From positions 103,547,741-103,611,740 of the forward strand of contig CM041465.1 of the NCBI GenBank assembly GCA_023213395.1: a DNA stretch of 64,000 nt, in the 5' to 3' direction. The stretch is from Cycas panzhihuaensis (taxonomy: Eukaryota > Plantae > Cycadophyta). Shown here piece after piece: positions 60,951 to 64,000 of this stretch (the first letter of the stretch is position 1; the number at the start of each line of letters is the position of its first letter). The notes under the pieces were generated by a model. The model was not told where the DNA came from. It made no database searches and saw only the letters and a program-made list of their open reading frames with translations. Position numbers and translations under genes: made by a program.

Positions 60951-62032
60951 AATTCAAATCTCCTTTTAGCATATTTTGATCAATATGCTCATGTGAATTC
61001 TCTTTTAAAAGATTTTAAGAGATTTTTTTAAATTTCTTTGGGAAATTTTAAAAAGACTTTAAGTCTTTATACCGGGCCTACTTAAAGTTTTTTACATTGG
61101 CACTCTTGATTCTCAAAAGTACTTGTGTACTTCTTGTTTTAAGCTTTTTTTCACACTTTCATGCTATTAAAGCATCATTGAGCTTAATTATTGTGATCAA
61201 GAGGAATATTTTCATTGTAAAGGTGAAGAAAATTACCACCTAACTTCAGTTTTTTGGCACCTTGCATGGTGACCTTGACCTTCTTCGATTCAAAAGGAAG
61301 GTTCATTGTGAAAAGTAATAAAATCACTTTTTCTTGTTGGATTGTTGAGACATTTTAAGTCTCAACAACTGTGGTGGAGTTTGTGTTGGACTTTGGAGCA
61401 ATTTCTTGAGTACATTTCATCATTTCATCGATTTTTGGAGCTTAAAAGGAACCCTCTTTGTCGTCATCAAAGGTTCCTTACATCGGTTTAAGTACTCAAA
61501 GTACTTTATCATTGTACTCAAGCATACATAGCACCTCACTTGGATCTAAAGCACTTGAAATCTGTTTTGTGCTCATTCTTTAAGGCATAAAAAATCCAAG
61601 TAAGAAGATTCACTTAGACTTATTTAAAAGTGAATTTAAAACTCATTGGAGAGGCTCGAAAAGGTTCAAACCTTGCCTCGAATTAACCTTAAGCTTGGTG
61701 CATTCCCTGGGGACCAACCGACCGCACGGCCAAGGTGCACGACAATTAAGGTTGCTTGAGGGAAAGGAGGTTCGAAAAGGGTGTTATTGGGGCTGTGAAT
61801 CCCAGGGAAAGCATGGTACTTCCATGCAGATCAACCCTACCTGCCTTGTCCTAGATTTAACTTGGTCCTCCACCTCATTAGCCAGAGTCCTCCACCTCTC
61901 TTCACCCCATTGGTTGTTGGATCTTCTTGTAAGATCAGGACTAGTGGTGTTGTTTGAAGGTGGGTCTTAACCGACAAAGCTTTTGAAGTTTCCAAGTTAT
62001 CTGCTAGCTTCAAGTGTTACTCAAGTGGAAAG

Positions 62033-64000
62033 ATGGTCGCCATAAATATGCTTAATGCTTGTACCATAAGGCTAACGGGGCAATCAAATTATCAAGAATG
62101 GAAAAGAATCACAAAAATCTCTTGATAATGAATGAGTTCTGGGGATATGTTTCTGGAAGAATCCCCAATCCTACACTTGTGGTTAATGATAATCAACCTA
62201 CACCTGTGGATGTTCAACTTGTTGCTGCATGGGAGGTCAAAGACGAAATTGCCTTGGCTTTCATTCGTATGGTTGTGGACATACATGTAGACCAAAATAT
62301 TACTTCTGCACTATCTTCTAAAGAAGCATGGGACACCTTATCCTCCTTGTATGAAAGGCGAGATGAAGCTCGCATTTTGATGATAAAGGCTAAATTGTAC
62401 TCCATCAAATTTGTAAAGCCAATGTTGGCATTCATGCCCTCTATTAAGGAGGTTTGTAATGAATTAACTATTTTAGGTAGTCCAGCTACAAGAGATGAAA
62501 TCATAGCCTCCATCACAAAAGCATTGCCAAAGGACTACAACGGCTTTATATCATCAACTACACGAGATGGTTCACTAAAGGGGATGACAGTCAATCAACT
62601 TGAAAGCTTATTGTTTCAAGAAGAACAAATCTATGCTAAGGATAATGAAGAACCATCTACATCAGGTGCTTTCACAAAGAAGGGCCAAGACAAATCAAAA
62701 TCCAAAACCGCATTCACAAAGCGGTTTGGAAATATGAACATTGGATCTTCCAAATCCAATGTCGTATGCCATTATTGTGGCATTCTCGCCACATTGCACC
62801 TAAGTGCGAGAAAAAGCAAGCAGATCTTCAAAGACAAAGAATGACCATGTGGTCAAAGATGCGAAGCACCGGTGGTCAAAGACATCAAGCCACCACGACA
62901 TCGGTTTCAACAGAGGTTCCAATGCAGATCGGCGGTTTCCCCTCGACCAAATCAAGGTGCCTATCGAGGAGGTCCACAAGGAGGGTCAAAGAAATGGCTA
63001 CCAACGCCATTATAATCAGTTTGCCAATGACGACAAACTACTTTGTGCATACCAATCATCCAAGGTTGACAACACTTGGATTGTCGATTCAGAGCCACTC
63101 GACATATGACAGGAGTGAAGAACTCCTATGCAACATCAAGGAAGGTAAAGGTCATTTAGTGACCTTTGAAATCTTGAATCGCTTGAGGTTTCGTGAATAG
63201 GCACCATAGCTCCTTTTCATTCTCCTCAAAATCCTTCCTCATCATTTCCCAACAAAGGATGCCTACTTCATTCCTTCTATGGAGAAGAATCGCTCTGTTA
63301 GCCGATGAACAAGCAACACATGAGCGTACTATTTAAAATGGGAAATGTATTATTTGTGACAAAGATGATCAGATCATAGCTGTAGCCTATGAGGATCAAG
63401 GTCTTTACAAGTTGGATGCCAATAATATTACTCTTAATTCTGCTTACTTTGGTTCCACATCTTTGTCAAAAATTCAGTTATAGCATCAACGTCTAGGACA
63501 TTTAAGCCTAGACAATCTGAAGCAGATGACATACAAACGCATGGTATATGGGCTTCCAAATATGTATGGTTCAAAATGTCTTTGCGAAGCTTGCATAATG
63601 GGGTCACACCATCGGCTGCCTTTTCCTAAAGGCAAAGCATGGCGTGCATCTTATCCTTTGCAATTAGTTCACTCAGACTTGTGTGGACCCATGTCCACCC
63701 ACTCCTTTGGAGGAGCATTGTAGTACATATCTTTTATTGATGACTTCTCTCACAAAGTCTGGGTCTACTTCCTAAAGCATAAATCAGAAGCCTTCTCCAA
63801 GTTCAAAGAGTTCAAGGAAGTAGAAAATGAATCGGCTACTCAATTGGCACATTAAGGTCGATAATGGAGGTGAATTCACTTCAAATGAATTCAACCAATT
63901 TTGCAAGGATAATGGAATTCGGAGACAACTCACAGCTCCTCATACTCCTCAGCAAAATGGAGTCTCCGAGAGGATGAATAGAACTTTGGCTAATAAAGCC
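62033..64000 (+). pseudogene. copia #5 gag-protease-integrase (frameshifted in assembly, truncated by window)
   Basis: ORF-track peptides at 62059 and 63526 plus WIVDS protease motif at ~63077. Confidence 0.88.

Larger units (their letters stand above)
54433..64000 (+). other. Long TE-containing intron of PRP38 (continues beyond window)
   Basis: Canonical GTAAGT donor; no downstream PRP38 exon detected within 9.5 kb. Confidence 0.7.
59610..64000 (+). mobile_element. Ty1/copia #5 (5' part), intronic, same strand as PRP38
   Basis: LTR TGTTAA.. at 59610 to ~60168. PBS TGGTATCAGAGCC at 60171-60183. ~1.85 kb leader. gag from ~62033 (SSKEAWDTL, VCHYCG). Integrase CEACIMG, VHSDLCGP, PQQNGVSERMNR at the window end. 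Confidence 0.92.

Overview
This is plant nuclear DNA: AT-rich and dominated by retrotransposons, of the large-genome, long-intron type (a gymnosperm or fern-like host is my inference). The window holds three L1-clade LINEs with a C-terminal RNase H (one decayed, one near-intact full-length, one 5'-truncated). It also holds five Ty1/copia elements, a gag-only non-autonomous LTR element, a solo LTR and a truncated LTR fragment with an env-like extra ORF. A decayed ~2.8 kb tandem array of about 5 units runs up to the only host gene, PRP38 (first coding exon 54143-54432, then an intron longer than 9.5 kb). Copia and LINE elements are nested in each other in both directions, with clean target-site duplications (TSDs). 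The most striking feature is the copia element at 41668-49342. Between its primer-binding site (PBS) and gag it carries an antisense, intron-free chimeric cassette of host coding fragments: TAF5, an unidentified protein in the same frame, and a UPL1/2 HECT E3 ligase fragment. The cassette joins the tRNA-iMet PBS through a CAGAGC microhomology. Other notable signals are covarying 3'-UTR hairpins shared by the three LINEs, CpG retention only in the array copy next to PRP38, a hairpin-packed LTR, and lesions in young elements concentrated at CWG sites (probably a sequencing artefact). Protein identities come from motif recognition, not database searches. Divergence counts were made by eye.
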